Positions 1 to 12,632 of a stretch of DNA of 64,000 nucleotides are shown one piece after another. Both the position numbers and the translations under genes were made by a program. How positions within the stretch are numbered: position 1 is the stretch's first letter; every line of letters starts with the position of its first letter. The DNA lies in the NCBI GenBank assembly GCA_951406725.2, contig OX597821.1, positions 30,504,001 to 30,568,000 on the forward strand, in the 5' to 3' direction. The notes beneath the pieces are model-generated. The model did not search any database and was not told the origin of the DNA. It worked only from the letters and a program-made list of their open reading frames with translations. The DNA is from Octopus vulgaris. Lineage: Eukaryota.

Positions 1-1628
1 CGCAAAATGCCTGAGACCGGTCTGGGATTCTATACTTAATATCACCCGTAGGAAACGCTTTGTCACAGTACGATTCTCAACTGAATAATTAGTCAAAGAA
101 AATGCAGCAAAAACTCAGCTAATTCCGAAATACCTTGGTTGGAGGGTTGTCAAACGAGAGTCAGCTTAGATTCCTCCAGAAATGGACATCACTTGGCGGA
201 TACCATACCAGCATAGGCAAGAATACAAATATTCTTGGAAAAGAAAAACATGGTCAGGCGTGTGGATGGATCAGTAGACGCATGCTGATATGCTCGGTAT
301 AAAAACCATCCATGAGCAGATGCCTAATAGAACAATTATTTATAGTAGAAGAGAGAAGAATGAATTTGCCTTCCATGCTAAGAATAGACTCCGCTGACAC
401 AGACATCTTTGACAGAACAGCAGCAAAAACAACAGTGGCTCCACTACCAAAAACCAAAACCCTCATCACCAGTGGAAAAAAAGCAGCAGTATCTAAAATA
501 ACAGGATCAGCAACAAAAGGACAACAGGAGACAACTTCAGCAGCAAACACTGGTACCAAGCAATTTAAAAAAAAAACAATAGCACGACCTGCATCATCGG
601 TACGAGAGAAGCCTTACTGATTTGGTTCGGATCTCCAGGTCGAGGAGAACTTTAGACTAGGTGACGAGCAGGGCAGCTAATCTCACCTAGATATATACCG
701 AGAGAAAGAGTTTCTGAAACGTGAGATGACAATTGTCCCAAGTTATGTTTGATCAAACTGGAGCATATACTCTTCTACTTTGTTTGGAAGGGACGCATTG
801 GGCAATCATTTGTTAAAATTTGCTTATTGGAATACTAGGTGTGCTGTGGCTGCTGATGCACATGTGCTAAGGCTACGATATCTCCAGCGCTTCCTAGTCA
901 CTAAGCAATTGTGTTTGCTGTTTGTCAGTCTCACTTTTCCAAAGTGAGTCACTTTGACTGCGCTACAGTTCTGGATGAAGCGTTGACCGAGGCAGGAAAC
1001 TTGGAACCCAAAGTGTCGTCAGCCATTTATAATCTTATGTCCGTCTGACAATGTGGTCGGTTGAAGCTCCAATTTTTTGTTCTATATAAGGTTAGTGATG
1101 AGCAAGTGTGACGACGTTCTCAGAGAGAATCTGGACGCCGACGAGCAACAGCTGCCTTGCCTGCTTTGCTCTGGAGGATTTTCGGCCACTGGCCCGTGGG
1201 TAATTTCCAGATATTCCTGGACTGAATTTCTTACCAGGAATTATTGTTGGTTCACGGGATAAACTCTGCTGATATGGAAGTGCTATCAGCTGCGCTCGGC
1301 GGGATACACACAGAAAAAAGAAACTCTTCTGCTCTCTCTCGTCTAGTACCTCAGTATTGCTGACTTCTAAGTTTATGCCCGATATCTGGTGCCATGTATA
1401 GGCTATCAGCTGAGTCCATTGTGAAGATCTCCGCCACCTCCCTTTCGCAGTGAAAGGTAGGCAGTGTTCCTCTGTCTGGTGACCGTAGCTAAAGAGGATG
1501 TGTGGTGAACCAGATTGAAGGGACTGAATACGGATACTTTCCTCTTTTGGACAACCCTTAAGTAACGTTTTCGAGTTTCGACTTTCTCTCCCTACAAAAT
1601 TTCAGGCCTTGTGCCAATAGTAGAAAGG

Positions 1629-1671
<43 letters not shown>

Positions 1672-1924
1672 TTATTATTATTATTGTTATTATTATTATT
1701 ATCATTATAAGGCGGTGCTCCAGCATGGCCGCAGTCAAATGACTGAAACAAGTAAAAGAGTACAAGAGTATGTATATATATTTATATATATATAGATATA
1801 TATATATTATATATTATATTAATTATATTTATATTATTTCTTATTTATGTATTGGTTAATGTCTATCACTGTTTGAGTTGTATAATAGTGGCTTTATTTC
1901 TAATTCATATTCTATATATATATA

Positions 1925-2274
1925 TGTATACAAAAACACTATGTAGTTGCAAAGTAATCTCAGAAGGTCAAGTATATTATCATATCGGCGCTTGCAAAAC
2001 ATATATGCAAAGTAGAAATTCCAATCCCGATAACACATTTAGAGACCACAAGAACAGGAATAACACTAGATTAAGTAAGCTAATTTGGTCCTTAAAGGAT
2101 AAATATAAAGAATATAAAATTACCCAGGAAACAATTACTAAAGCGAAGCCTTATAGCAGAGTAAGCAAACGGTCTGAATTGTGTTTGAAAGAAAATTACC
2201 AAATTTTACATCAGAATTCAAATCAATTAACCAGTAGTCGTGAGCGCGCATTACTTTGTATTCATCAAACTTAA
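1925..2274 (+). pseudogene. Decayed GIY-YIG endonuclease C-terminus of a Penelope-like element
   Basis: Translation VYYHIGACKTYMQSR..NTFRDHKNRNNTRLSKLIWSLKD...KAKPYSRVSKRSELCLKE resembles the YIG..R..H..SF...T.LS..IW.LK...A.PY....RC.LCL.EK pattern of PLE endonucleases; several conserved residues are mutated and the 5' part is lost in AT-rich sequence. Confidence 0.7.
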
Positions 2275-2658
2275 CATATGTTTCCTTCACTTCAGTAATT
2301 GCATTATATATAATATTAAAATTAGAATTGACATGAAGTAAACAATAGCCAATCGAGAGGATAATTAAATATAAACTCCTACATAAATTAACAATTTGGG
2401 CGAGAAATTAATGATATCCTTAAATTTAAATGAATTAAATTTAATTATAAAATCAGGTAATTACATAATAGGCTCATAGCTCATTACTAACAATAATAGA
2501 CTTATGGCCCTTTACTAATAATAATAGACTTATAGCTCATTATTAACAATAATAATAGTAGTAGAAAGAGCAATATTAGGGAGAGGGATCAGAACAATAA
2601 AAAAAATATACTTAAGATAACCTGATACTACGCATTAATACTAGTACTTCCCATTTAA

Positions 2659-3008
2659 GATCTCATTCTCGCTCACAACATCATAAGCGGAGAGTGTAAC
2701 CTCTCGAAAGAGCTGTTCTTCACTCCTGCTCCAGAGCGTCGGCTGCGTGGTCATTCCGAAAAGCTCTACCTGCGACGATTTCATCTCGATCGAGGGAGAG
2801 GAGCTTTCTCCGTCCGGGTTGCGGATCCGTGGAACAAGCTGCCAGACGAGATGGTGAAGATGCCGACGACCGCTTTGTTCAAAGTCTCCCTTGACCTCAA
2901 GTGGCCTGGACTCTTTTCATGAACACCACCCTGTACTTAACTCCATGTCCCCCTACATGGCCTTGCTTTTTGCTTTTGAGCCCAAAAATTAACTAACTAA
3001 CTAACTAA
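2659..3008 (+). mobile_element. 5'-truncated CR1-clade LINE 3' end with (CTAA)n tail
   Basis: Open frame DLILAHNIISG...RLRGHSEKLYLRRFHLDRGRGAFSVRVADPWNKLPDEMVKMPTTALFKVSLD ending at TGA 2920-2922 matches the CR1 ORF2 C-terminus (RGH..KL, FS.RV...WN.LP, FK..LD); short 3' UTR then CTAA repeats. Confidence 0.8.
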
Positions 3009-3161
3009 GTCTGGTTTACGTTTGAAGATGGCTACAATTCCTCGGCTAGCTAATCAATTTGCTTTTAACCAGCACAGTTGAAGAGGTCAGGATCTAGGCT
3101 ATGACAACACCACAGGTATTTCAGCTGGATTTGTAGTTAATCTAGATTCTGTCTGAACAAG

Positions 3162-3278
3162 GCAGTTGAATCCACTCTGAAGAAGCGGCAACTAACAATA
3201 AGATGCAAAATTTGGTGTGTGCATTACTTGCTGCAGAAGTATGTATAGCTGCAGAAATGAAAAGAAGTAATTAACTGC
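3162..3278 (+). ncRNA. Degenerate type I hammerhead ribozyme downstream of the PLE endonuclease fragment
   Basis: GCAGTTGAAT..CTGAAGA(3177-3183)-A-GCGGC...GCTGC-A-GAAA(3254-3257)..GTA(3267-3269)-ATTAACTGC; stems I and II pair, stem III is decayed. Confidence 0.55.
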
Positions 3279-3419
3279 TGAATAAAATGGTTTATAGATC
3301 TCTGTTATCCTTTACTATAAGGTCAATATCTATCTATCTATCTATCCATCTATCATATATATATTATATATATATATATATATATACACATATATATGCA
3401 TGTGTATATATATGTATGC

Positions 3420-3531
<112 letters not shown>

Positions 3532-4643
3532 ATGTGTGTTTATATATACACAAGGCATAAATGATGCTCATTGCATAATCACTTACGACTGTTTGCAATA
3601 TTCATTATAAGTTCGTTATTGATAGGTTTACTTAATCGAGCCAGTGATCGACAGATGTAAATTGATTGATCTAAGAAGTGAATGGTACATTTGTGTGAGT
3701 TATTTCGGGTTTATTTGTGTAAGTGTGTGTGTGTTTTTTAATTGCTTTTAATTCCTGGTGCCTTGAGTTTCCAGTTTTAGTTCACCTTGTCCTTTCGTTG
3801 AGATTTTGATTTGTTCTTTGAATTATCTGCACTTCGAATATATTTTAGGATATTAGACAAAAGTTACGTAGTAAGTCACTATCTTTGTGTCTCCAAAAGT
3901 CTTCTTTTGTGAAAGTTCGGCATGGAAATTATCCAGAGTTCTCGCATTCCATTTCTCATTTTCGCTATCATGAGAATACTGCAAGCAATAACCATTATCT
4001 TGGTAATTTTCCCAGAAATTTCAGGGAGGCAGGGCGATTGAAACAATTACATATTCAAATAGTGGAATGTAACGTCGGAATACCAGGCAATTACGAAAGA
4101 AGGTGGAACAAAGAGTATTGGACATTATGGTGACTTCATTTATGACTACTGTTTTAACAAATATTCTACATATCTCATCACATATACTATAGATGCACAA
4201 TTTTCTTATCGCAACGGACATTTATTCAATAGAAATTGTAAACAAATAAAAGAAAAAGAAATGCAATTTTTAAAAATGAACTGCAGATTGACCACCTACA
4301 TCTGGATGTAAATTCGCATGCAACAGCTTCTTACTGAAGTGCACTATGATGTTTTAAAACCACACTGAAAAGATTACCAAAATCCTATCAAACTTATATT
4401 TGTAAAACACCATGTACGCCTATGAAGATTTACTTTCCCAATGAAACTCGTTTTTTTCTCAAACTCTTTCTCAAACCTGTTATAATGTGATACATGTCTT
4501 TGGTGTGGTAATTGTACGCGGCTGGAGAAGGCTTTTGATATATCTGTTATATCAATTATGCATTGATACAAGAATAAGTTGTTCAATAAAGCCCGAAATA
4601 TATGTACCGCAAAATCCTTTGCGTCCTGTTTTTCTTTTGATAC

Positions 4644-4728
<85 letters not shown>

Positions 4729-4825
4729 GAAAGAGAGAAAGAGATAGATAGATAGTTATAAATTATAATTAGGACGATAAATAATTACCCCGTCTCTGCT
4801 CGAAATAGACGCCAAAAGTTCTATA

Positions 4826-5950
4826 AACCACTTAAAATTATTACTCCAGTACCACAAGCTTGTAAACGAGGGAAATGGCCAGAGAGGATTTATAAAATAA
4901 TTTGGATAGTACCATGTCTTAAGATTTCATGGTTTGTGATAGTAAAATCACTTTCCACTCATAAGTAGCACAAACCAGATATAAAAATATGAGAAATACA
5001 TATATATATACCGCATTTATACAGTCGTACAAGCACGCGTGATATACATGCATTCCGCATGTATGCATTAACTTTAAATCCAAGCGACCATTTCACCATG
5101 TGGTTATTTACTCAGAATAATTCAGCAGTAAATATGTTAGAAGCATGAATTAATAAATATTTTTATGCATAATAAAAATAAAGTCATTATTTAATGATTT
5201 ATTAGTGGCCAGCATATCAACAGCACCATAAAGGTCAATGCAAATAAAAATTATAGTAAGGACTGTAGGCGTAGGAGTGGCTGTGTGGTAAGTGGCTTGC
5301 TTATCAACCACATGGTTACGGGTTCAGTCCCACTGTGTGGCACCTTGGGCAAGTGTCTTCTGCTACAGCTTCGGGCCGACCAAAGCCTTGTGAGTGGATT
5401 TGGTAGACGGAAACTGAAAGAAGCCCGTCGTATATATGTATGTGTGTGTGTATATGTTTGCGTGCCTGTGTTTGTCCCCCCAACATCGCTTGACAACCGA
5501 TGCTGATGTGTTTACGTCCCCGTCACTTAGCGGTTCGGTAAAAGAGACCGATAGAATAAGTAATAGACTTACAAAGAATAAGTCCTGGGGTCGATTTGTT
5601 CGACTAAAAGGCAGTGCTCCAGCATGGCCACAGTCAAATGACTGAAACAAGTAAGAGTAAAAGAGGACGGTAAGAAATTCCACCATCTGTCTGCCAGTTC
5701 TATAAACCACTTAAAATTATTACACCAATACCACAAGATTGTAAGCGAAGGAAATGGACAGAGAGGATCTATAAAATAATTTGAATAGTACCATATCTTT
5801 AGATTTTGTGGTTTGTGGTATTAAAATCCCTTTCCACTCATCAGTAGCACATACCAGTCGCAAACAAATGAGAAATATATTGCAATTATACAGTCGTACA
5901 AGCACGAGTAATATACATGCATTCCGCATGTATGTACGGACTTAAAATCC
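4826..5950 (+). repeat. Diverged ~255 bp direct repeat (4826-5080 and 5696-5950) bracketing a SINE
   Basis: Both copies begin AGTTCTATAAACCACTTAAAATTATTAC and end ATACATGCATTCCGCATGTATG. Confidence 0.75.
5267..5665 (+). mobile_element. tRNA-derived SINE, family A (full length)
   Basis: A-box-like GTGGCTGTGTGGTAAG, B-box-like GGTTCAGTCCC, CORE-like CCTTGGGCAAGTG, internal (TA)/(TG) tract, 3' GACTGAAACAAGTAAGAG; second full copy 62970-63400, partial copies at ~1710-1770, 13165-13330, 25510-25670, 32700-32990, 34775-34940. Confidence 0.85.
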
Positions 5951-6424
5951 TAGCAGACAGACGCTGTAATGTAATCATAGTCATTATTATAATTTTCATA
6001 TAAATTAGCCATAATGGCATTGTTAGTATGCTGGACACTGATAAATCATTAAATAATGAATTTTATCCTTACGTATTACAAGCATATATATGGGGGGTTG
6101 TGTTGGGTGTGGTGGTGTGTATGTGTATGTATACTCACACAATAAAAACATCTGCCCCTATTAACGTTATTAAAATTGGTGTTATGCCGATTCGCCTACT
6201 CTCCAAGAAGTACGTTTTCACATACATGCAGTATGCCATGAAACCCCAACACACACACAGATAATATATATATATACATACTGAGTGTATGAGAGGTATT
6301 GGGGTCTAGGAAACCCAAAGAGTACCAGGTAACTCTACGTAAGTGCTATAGATAGACCGTGGTTAAACTCTTGGTTCGCTAATGATACGAGTGAGGGGTT
6401 TTCAGGACATTTATAATAATAATA

Positions 6425-6472
6425 GTCTTACAGCTTTTTCTGGGATGTCATGGACATCCCTTCATCAGAGAC
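6425..6472 (-). ncRNA. Minimal type I hammerhead ribozyme
   Basis: Minus strand GTCT-CTGATGA-A-GGGATGTC cat GACATCCC-A-GAAA-AAGCT-GTA-AGAC; 8-bp stem II, 4-bp stem I, GUA triplet; one mismatch in the palindromic stem III (related copy at 26132 reads GAAACAGCTGTA). Confidence 0.8.
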
Positions 6473-7191
6473 AGTGTGAGAAAATATTTGATTTCGAAAT
6501 ATTGTGGAAAAGATAGAAAATATGGCGGAAAATAATAGAATGAACGTAGAAATAAGATATATAAAGATATTGTAGCTGCAGTTCCATCATTCGAAGAAAA
6601 TGGTATATAGAAGTGGTAACATTGTTTCCTGTACATGTTATAGAGGTTCTAATAGTTATTTCCCTCACCTACGCCTCTCCACTCATCCCATCATATAATC
6701 TTGACCATTAACTAAACTCCCTCTCGCACTTGCTTCACCATTTCTTCATTATTTTCACTCCTTGCTTTTTTTCTCTCTCCCCTTTTCATTTTGTATTTTT
6801 CTTTTTTTCTTCCACTCATTTTCTCTTCCTTTCTCTTTTAGATTTGACCTTTCTCCTCTTTCTAATCATACACATCTCCTCTCCCTCCATCTATCCATAA
6901 ATACTACCAATACATTCTCGAATTTTCATTCACACCACAAAACACTTTCGAACGAGCAACACAGACTCCACGGCTCTATGCTTTGAAATGACTAAATATG
7001 AACTGCTACTGGAACTTACACACCATGTACAGGAAACATTTTTACCACTACTATACACCATTTTCCTCGAATAATGGAACTGCAACTACAATATATTTAT
7101 ATATCTTCTTTCAACTTTCAGTTTCTAAATTCCCACTATATTCCCTATCTTTTCCACAATTATTCGAACACAAATATTTCCTCACGCTGTC

Positions 7192-7239
7192 GTTTCTGAT
7201 TAAGTAATATCCATGATATCCCAGAAAGAGCTGTAAGAC
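7192..7239 (+). ncRNA. Degenerate copy of the 6425-6472 hammerhead
   Basis: GTTT-CTGATTA-AGTAATATC cat GATATCCC-A-GAAA-GAGCT-GTA-AGAC; G8 is mutated and stem II is partly broken. Confidence 0.55.
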
Positions 7240-7298
7240 CATGTCATGATAAATGTCCCGGAAACTCCTCACAGCCTTGGATTTGTTATCTCATTCGG

Positions 7299-7384
<86 letters not shown>

Positions 7385-8199
7385 GTAATACCTAGACAGA
7401 GCGTTGGGAATCTGCATATCCTGCTCCCTTCTTATTTTTACGACAGGTGTTGAAATAAGAGCAGAGATATGAAAATCAATCTTCACCGTCACGTTGGGAA
7501 TGATAAATGTACGGATCAGTTATTTTTTTTTATCTACTGAATAGAAAAGAACATATCTGTCTGGGCTTCAATATCATTTATATTTTCAACTTATTTTGAA
7601 TATGCTTTCTTCACTTCAAAGCACTTTTATGATTTAGTTTATGCAACTCGTTAGCGTACGAATAGTGCTCTATGTTTATTTTTTTATTGTTTTTTCTTTG
7701 TTTTATCTTCAAATTAAATTTACGTTAAAAACATTAGTCTCTGTATGCAGTTTTTCATTTATGTATGTATTTGCATTTATTTAATCTAGACTCAAGCGGT
7801 ATATTATTTTTTACTAAGTTCTGCTAGTGGAATCATCTCCGCCATTTGTTATAAAAGACACCCTACATAGATAGAAACAAATAGCTTCCAACATAGATAA
7901 TTAGTTACAATCAGTAATGATTAAATTAGTGACAATCAGTAATGATTAAATAATATAATCAATATATTCTTTGATATTTGTTATTGTGTGTATGTATGTA
8001 ATTTACTTTTCATTCTAGATATCTGACCAAAAGAGAAAGAGCCGGTTTGTAACCCAGCTCCAAGAATATTAACAAGTCTTATGCACGTTTGTGCGTATAT
8101 TTGCAGTTCTTTGAATCAGTGCATGTGTGGATTTGAATGTTTTGTTTTATGAATGTTTTCTCATGCATATAGTTGCAAGTCAAGACATCGCATATATAT

Positions 8200-9890
8200 T
8201 CCAATGCTAAACTATTGGAAAGGTCTACAGAATTTTGACAGTCCCGTGTATGGTTTGAATCTGTTATCTTCTCGTTAGCTTTCTCTTTTATTGTTTCGAG
8301 AATTACTTAAGATTGACACTTAGGAAGTTTGTCACAAATCCCTTCCCCCCCCCAATAATTACAGGTACAAACCAGAACTTGCAGTCTGGGTAAGTCAGTC
8401 GTAAATTTCTCAAAACTTAAGAGTTGGTATTTTCTGTTTTACTGATATTTAACTCTATGTTGACATCCACAAGGACACAGATTTCCCATAATCCTCTTCT
8501 CTGTCCTAAACCACTATGTCTGGTCTATTATGTTTGCATTTTATAGAGGTATTACTGGCACATTTTGCCAGTGTTATTTTATACTATGATTGACTGTGGC
8601 ATCTATCGTACTGTGCGTTCCTATCTCTTTGACTTCATGATGGCGTTTCAAACGGACCTCATTGTAAAGTGTGTTGCCTACATCATGGCTCATTTGTACA
8701 TAAGGAAGCGATTCTTCCTTTTTGGAGAAATGCTTGCGATGTGAGTGATATCTTTGGTGTTATCTCAACAAAGTTTGCATCGCTTATCATATTTTGTCGT
8801 TTTCCTAGCATCTCTGTCCCTTTTGTGCATCGGGTATTTGGTTACTATTTCCTGTTCCTGGCTTCCAAACGCAAACGCTTCAAATGAGGCTTAATAATCT
8901 GGTAATTGGACAATGATAGACTGATTTAATTGTCAATATTCCCTGTCACCCTTGAGCTTTCTCCTAATATATCCATGCAGGGTCTTCTTCTGATATGCTC
9001 CTATCCTTTCATCTGATGATATGTTGCTGTACATTGGTGTAAATCCTCTGGGTGTTTATTCAATGTTATCAGACAAGTAATGTTGCAGGAAGAGGAGCAT
9101 TATGATGTTATCTACCTCGTGTATCCGAACCTGGTCTGGGAATCCATTTCGATACTTGAAAACTGACGTATGTTGCTGCACTAATGTGATGTGACATTCA
9201 AAGGCAGTCTAGATCGATGTTAAACCTCTACCTCCTTGTTTTCGTTTTAGACAGAGGCGTTATGCGTCGCTGTTGATGTGAAAATTATTTTTGCCGGTCA
9301 GTATCTTGCAGCTTGTCACATCAATGGCTTATCAAGAGACCAATCAAGTATCACGCATGTTTTTGTTAAGTACTTCTAGTGCTAACATATTGTGACGCAT
9401 TGTTTTACTGAATACAGTGATTCCCGACGTCCATGTCTCGCTGATCCGGCTCTAATAATTTTTAGTGACACCTGCTGACTATTAAAAATATCATCGTAAG
9501 ATGTTTTCACGTATCTCTAGACACCCGTAACATACCTCTTAGATATAGGAGAAACAATTAAGTCATTGATGGAGATGCTCTTAGACTGGTTTACTGTTCT
9601 CCCTCTTTGCATAGTCACATAGGAAAATTTATCCTGACCAAACTCCAACTTATGAGTGTTATAACCAGGTCGTGGCTCTTTTTCATCTCATGTATACACT
9701 TGACATAGGGTTTCATGTCATCCACAAAGAAGCACCGTGCAATGCTGGTATTTCTCTCTTTTGGTGTATCCCTGAGATAGAATTCAGATTTCCTCAGCTT
9801 AAATGCCAGGGCGGTTGACTGAAGTTATGAGCAGCGTCACGGTGAGATTTCCCCTTGTAATACACTCTGCGATACTATACGTTATCAATG
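8200..9890 (-). pseudogene. Heavily decayed non-LTR retrotransposon RT region, R4/Dong-like
   Basis: Minus-strand remnants ..LQGEISP.., DDMK, GLDK, and HINSDA*RLCLKRKQGGRGL (the LY..R..GGRGL motif); many stops and frameshifts; boundaries approximate. Confidence 0.55.
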
Positions 9891-10150
9891 ATAATACAAT
9901 TACTGCTTGTATTCATGAGTGGGGGGCGGAGTCAAAGGCTTTCTTATAGTTCCACCACATGGAAAGCAGGTAGCTCCCATGTTCCCGCACATCTAACACT
10001 AGAGTTTTGCCTATCACCAATTGTTCGGCACATCATCAGACCTCTTTATTTCCATCTCTCACTCTATGTCTCTTCCTCTGTCTGTCTGTCTCTCTTTCTT
10101 TTTTTCTCTCTCTCTCTGTGTCTCTCTCTGTCTCTCTCTATGTCTCTCTG

Positions 10151-10218
<68 letters not shown>

Positions 10219-11659
10219 GAGAGAGCGAAATAGATAGATAGATAGACATTTCTCCAATTTGTTGGTTTATTATCTCTGTACTTAAACTTATTCTTTCTGA
10301 CAATATCCACCTTAGAAAAGAAGACACTTTGTTTTTTTTTATCAGCCACCATTAATTTTTTTCTGAAAACGTATAAAGGTCTTTTGTCAAGCTGGTCACA
10401 AGTGCCGCTTTGAAATTGCTTCTAAGTTAATTTTTTTCTTGTTTATTTGATTGTTAATGGTATTTGGTTAAAATAAAATTTTAAACAGATGTCAATGAAC
10501 TGTTGCTATTAATTATTCTCAGCTTTAAAGTCTTTAAAGTATCTCACTTTGGCTTCAAATCGAATTCTGATTTAAAATTCAAATTTAAATCTCAAATAAT
10601 ATCATTAACCACTTGTTTTTTTTTATATGTTTGTTTATCTTCGGTAGAAATAATTAACAACATGGTTCCAGTACACACTCAAGAATCCGAGTAATTCATT
10701 CTGGATCTCAGTTAGCAAAAGTATAATGACGAAACATAAATGTTGAATATTAATGTAAACTATTTCGCAGTATGGGAAAACAAAGGGATATAACATTTCG
10801 AGTATAAACATTTAAGGCAGATAAGAAAAATACATGAATAATAGAATAGAGAAACCTTTGAATGTTTAGTAGAATTTGGTTTTAAAATCTCCCTCAAATA
10901 CAAAACTCTCTGGACTTATTTTCTGATCTTAATCTTCGGAACAAAGAATGCATATGAAATGCTGACTTTGCTTTCTTTCTCTACACAGCTACTTACATTG
11001 ATTCGTACATAATAGGAGCCGTTATTTAGAATAAACTTTCGGTCTATGATGGCTAGTATTAAACTGTTATTACCCGCCATTAACCACGAAAAACTCTTTT
11101 GTTTACTCGCTAATTATTTAGATGTTCTTAACTTGAATCTTACTAGATTGCCGGTAATTCAAAATGGATATTTTTGTTTCATTTAAGATCATTGCGATAT
11201 GGCCGTCATTCTTTTTTCAAGTAGGAAGTATCGACACGCATATTATCTAACGTATTTCTTTGTTTGTAAGATTGTATGGTACAAACGAAATTTATACGGA
11301 AAGAAATGTTTCTTATTGTTTATAGAGCTTGATTAACATTTCTCTTTTTCGACCTCAGTAAAGTTAATGAAACATGCTCTAGGGAATTTTAAGGTGATTG
11401 TCGAAATAGGGTATATTTAAAATTTAACAACAAACAAGCGAGTTGGAGACTAAAATTTTACCTGCAACATTTAGCTGCTGGAGCCTATGGGCAGGTTTTA
11501 AAGGGAAAAATTTGACAAGTCAGTCAGTCACCGGCTGACACTCGCTGACGATACTTCGAAGAGGCCAGAGAACAGAAGAAAGAAGAAGAAAGAAGACATG
11601 TACCCAACACCAGAGCTCAAGACACCTCCGAAGGGTGGGGTGGGGGAGCAACGTAAAAA

Positions 11660-11710
11660 CGGGAGAGGAGTAGGCGCCGAAACCGGACGTGGTTCCTCCT
11701 GATGATGTCT
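11660..11710 (+). ncRNA. Degenerate non-circularly permuted hammerhead
   Basis: CGG-GA-GAGGAG-TAGGCGCC-GAAA-CCG-gacgtgg-TTCCTC-CTGATGA-TGTCT; stem III CGG/CCG and stem I GAGGAG/TTCCTC; U16.1 replaced by G. Confidence 0.45.
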
Positions 11711-11999
11711 TGAGCTAACTGGATGCTATAAAGGAGCTGTTGTGGTAGGAGACCACGAAACACAGTTGTAATTATTTTTGCTCCGTTCGTCGTTCACAGA
11801 AAATCAGCGTTCGTAATACTCTTTTTCGTTCGGCGTTAACAGCCCTTCTTATCTTGTTTTTCCTTGTCCTGTCTTTTACTGCTTATATTTTGTACTGCCG
11901 TTACTGTCCTGTTTTTGTTACCATTTTTACCCCTCTGCAAAAAGATCTCAAATTTTAATTGATTTGCTTTTCGCAGGAAGGAAAGTTTCTTATCGAAAA

Positions 12000-12060
12000 T
12001 ACGTCTCGCCGTCACCTTCGAAACGTAGAGTAGATGAAACCATGACGACTGAAGAAGGGG
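12000..12060 (+). ncRNA. Non-circularly permuted (pseudoknotted) hammerhead ribozyme
   Basis: TACG-TC|TCG(ccg)TCA-CCTTC-GAAA-CGTA-15 nt-TGACGA-CTGAAGA-AGGGG; GUC triplet at 12003-12005; stem III TACG/CGTA. Confidence 0.7.
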
Positions 12061-12262
12061 CTTTTTCTTTGTGTTAATTGTCCTGTACTCTATTCTTTTT
12101 GTTGTTTAAAAAAGTGTCCAGTTCCTTGGGTTTGTGTCTATGTTTTCGTTTCTCATTGTGTTCGACGTTTCTTGGGTGTCCTGTACTCATATATGTGTGT
12201 ATATATACATGTAGAGGTTGGTACGTACATATATGTATATATATATGCATATGTTTTATTTA

Positions 12263-12316
<54 letters not shown>

Positions 12317-12318
12317 TG

Positions 12319-12355
<37 letters not shown>

Positions 12356-12569
12356 AGATAGATAAAACTTACTTGGAAATGGATGCTTAGCGTTCAATCA
12401 TATAATAATATAATATATATATATATGCATATACATATGCATATGTGGGTACAGGACGTCATAGAACGTAAACAACATGAAATATGAAATACGGGAACAT
12501 GGAATACGAACATTATTTGCAGGCAACGAAAGCAACAGATGGAAAACAAGACAAGGGACATAAAGAACG

Positions 12570-12632
12570 ACCCTTCATCAGTTGTCGGCTGTTTTATCTA
12601 CTCCGCATTTCGAGCAATTACGACAAGATGCG
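12570..12632 (-). ncRNA. Non-circularly permuted (pseudoknotted) hammerhead ribozyme
   Basis: Minus strand CGCA-TC|TTGTCG-taatt-GCTC-GAAA-TGCG-16 nt-CGACAA-CTGATGA-A-GGGT; AUC triplet, perfect 4-bp stem III and 6-bp stem I. Confidence 0.75.

Larger units (their letters stand above)
6391..7272. mobile_element. Old inverted-repeat PLE pseudo-LTR relic; arms ~6391-6660 and ~7003-7272 each carry a hammerhead
   Basis: GTGAGGGGTTTTCAGGACATTTAT versus ATAAATGTCCCGGAAACTCCTCAC, with alignable internal sequence; the two arms give similar translations in the ORF track. Confidence 0.7.

Noticed and set aside
312-620. 102-aa K/T/A-rich ORF
   Set aside because: No recognisable motif; may be a decayed retroelement ORF but cannot be supported
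656-730. Possible YXZ-order hammerhead (CTAG-GTGACGA..ATCTCAC-CTAG..GAAACGTGAGAT)
   Set aside because: C3 is missing, there is no NUH triplet between the stems and stem II is unconvincing
11699-11770. Type I hammerhead reading CTGATGA...GAAACACAGTTGTA
   Set aside because: No stem I partner after GTA; the permuted reading explains this CTGATGA better
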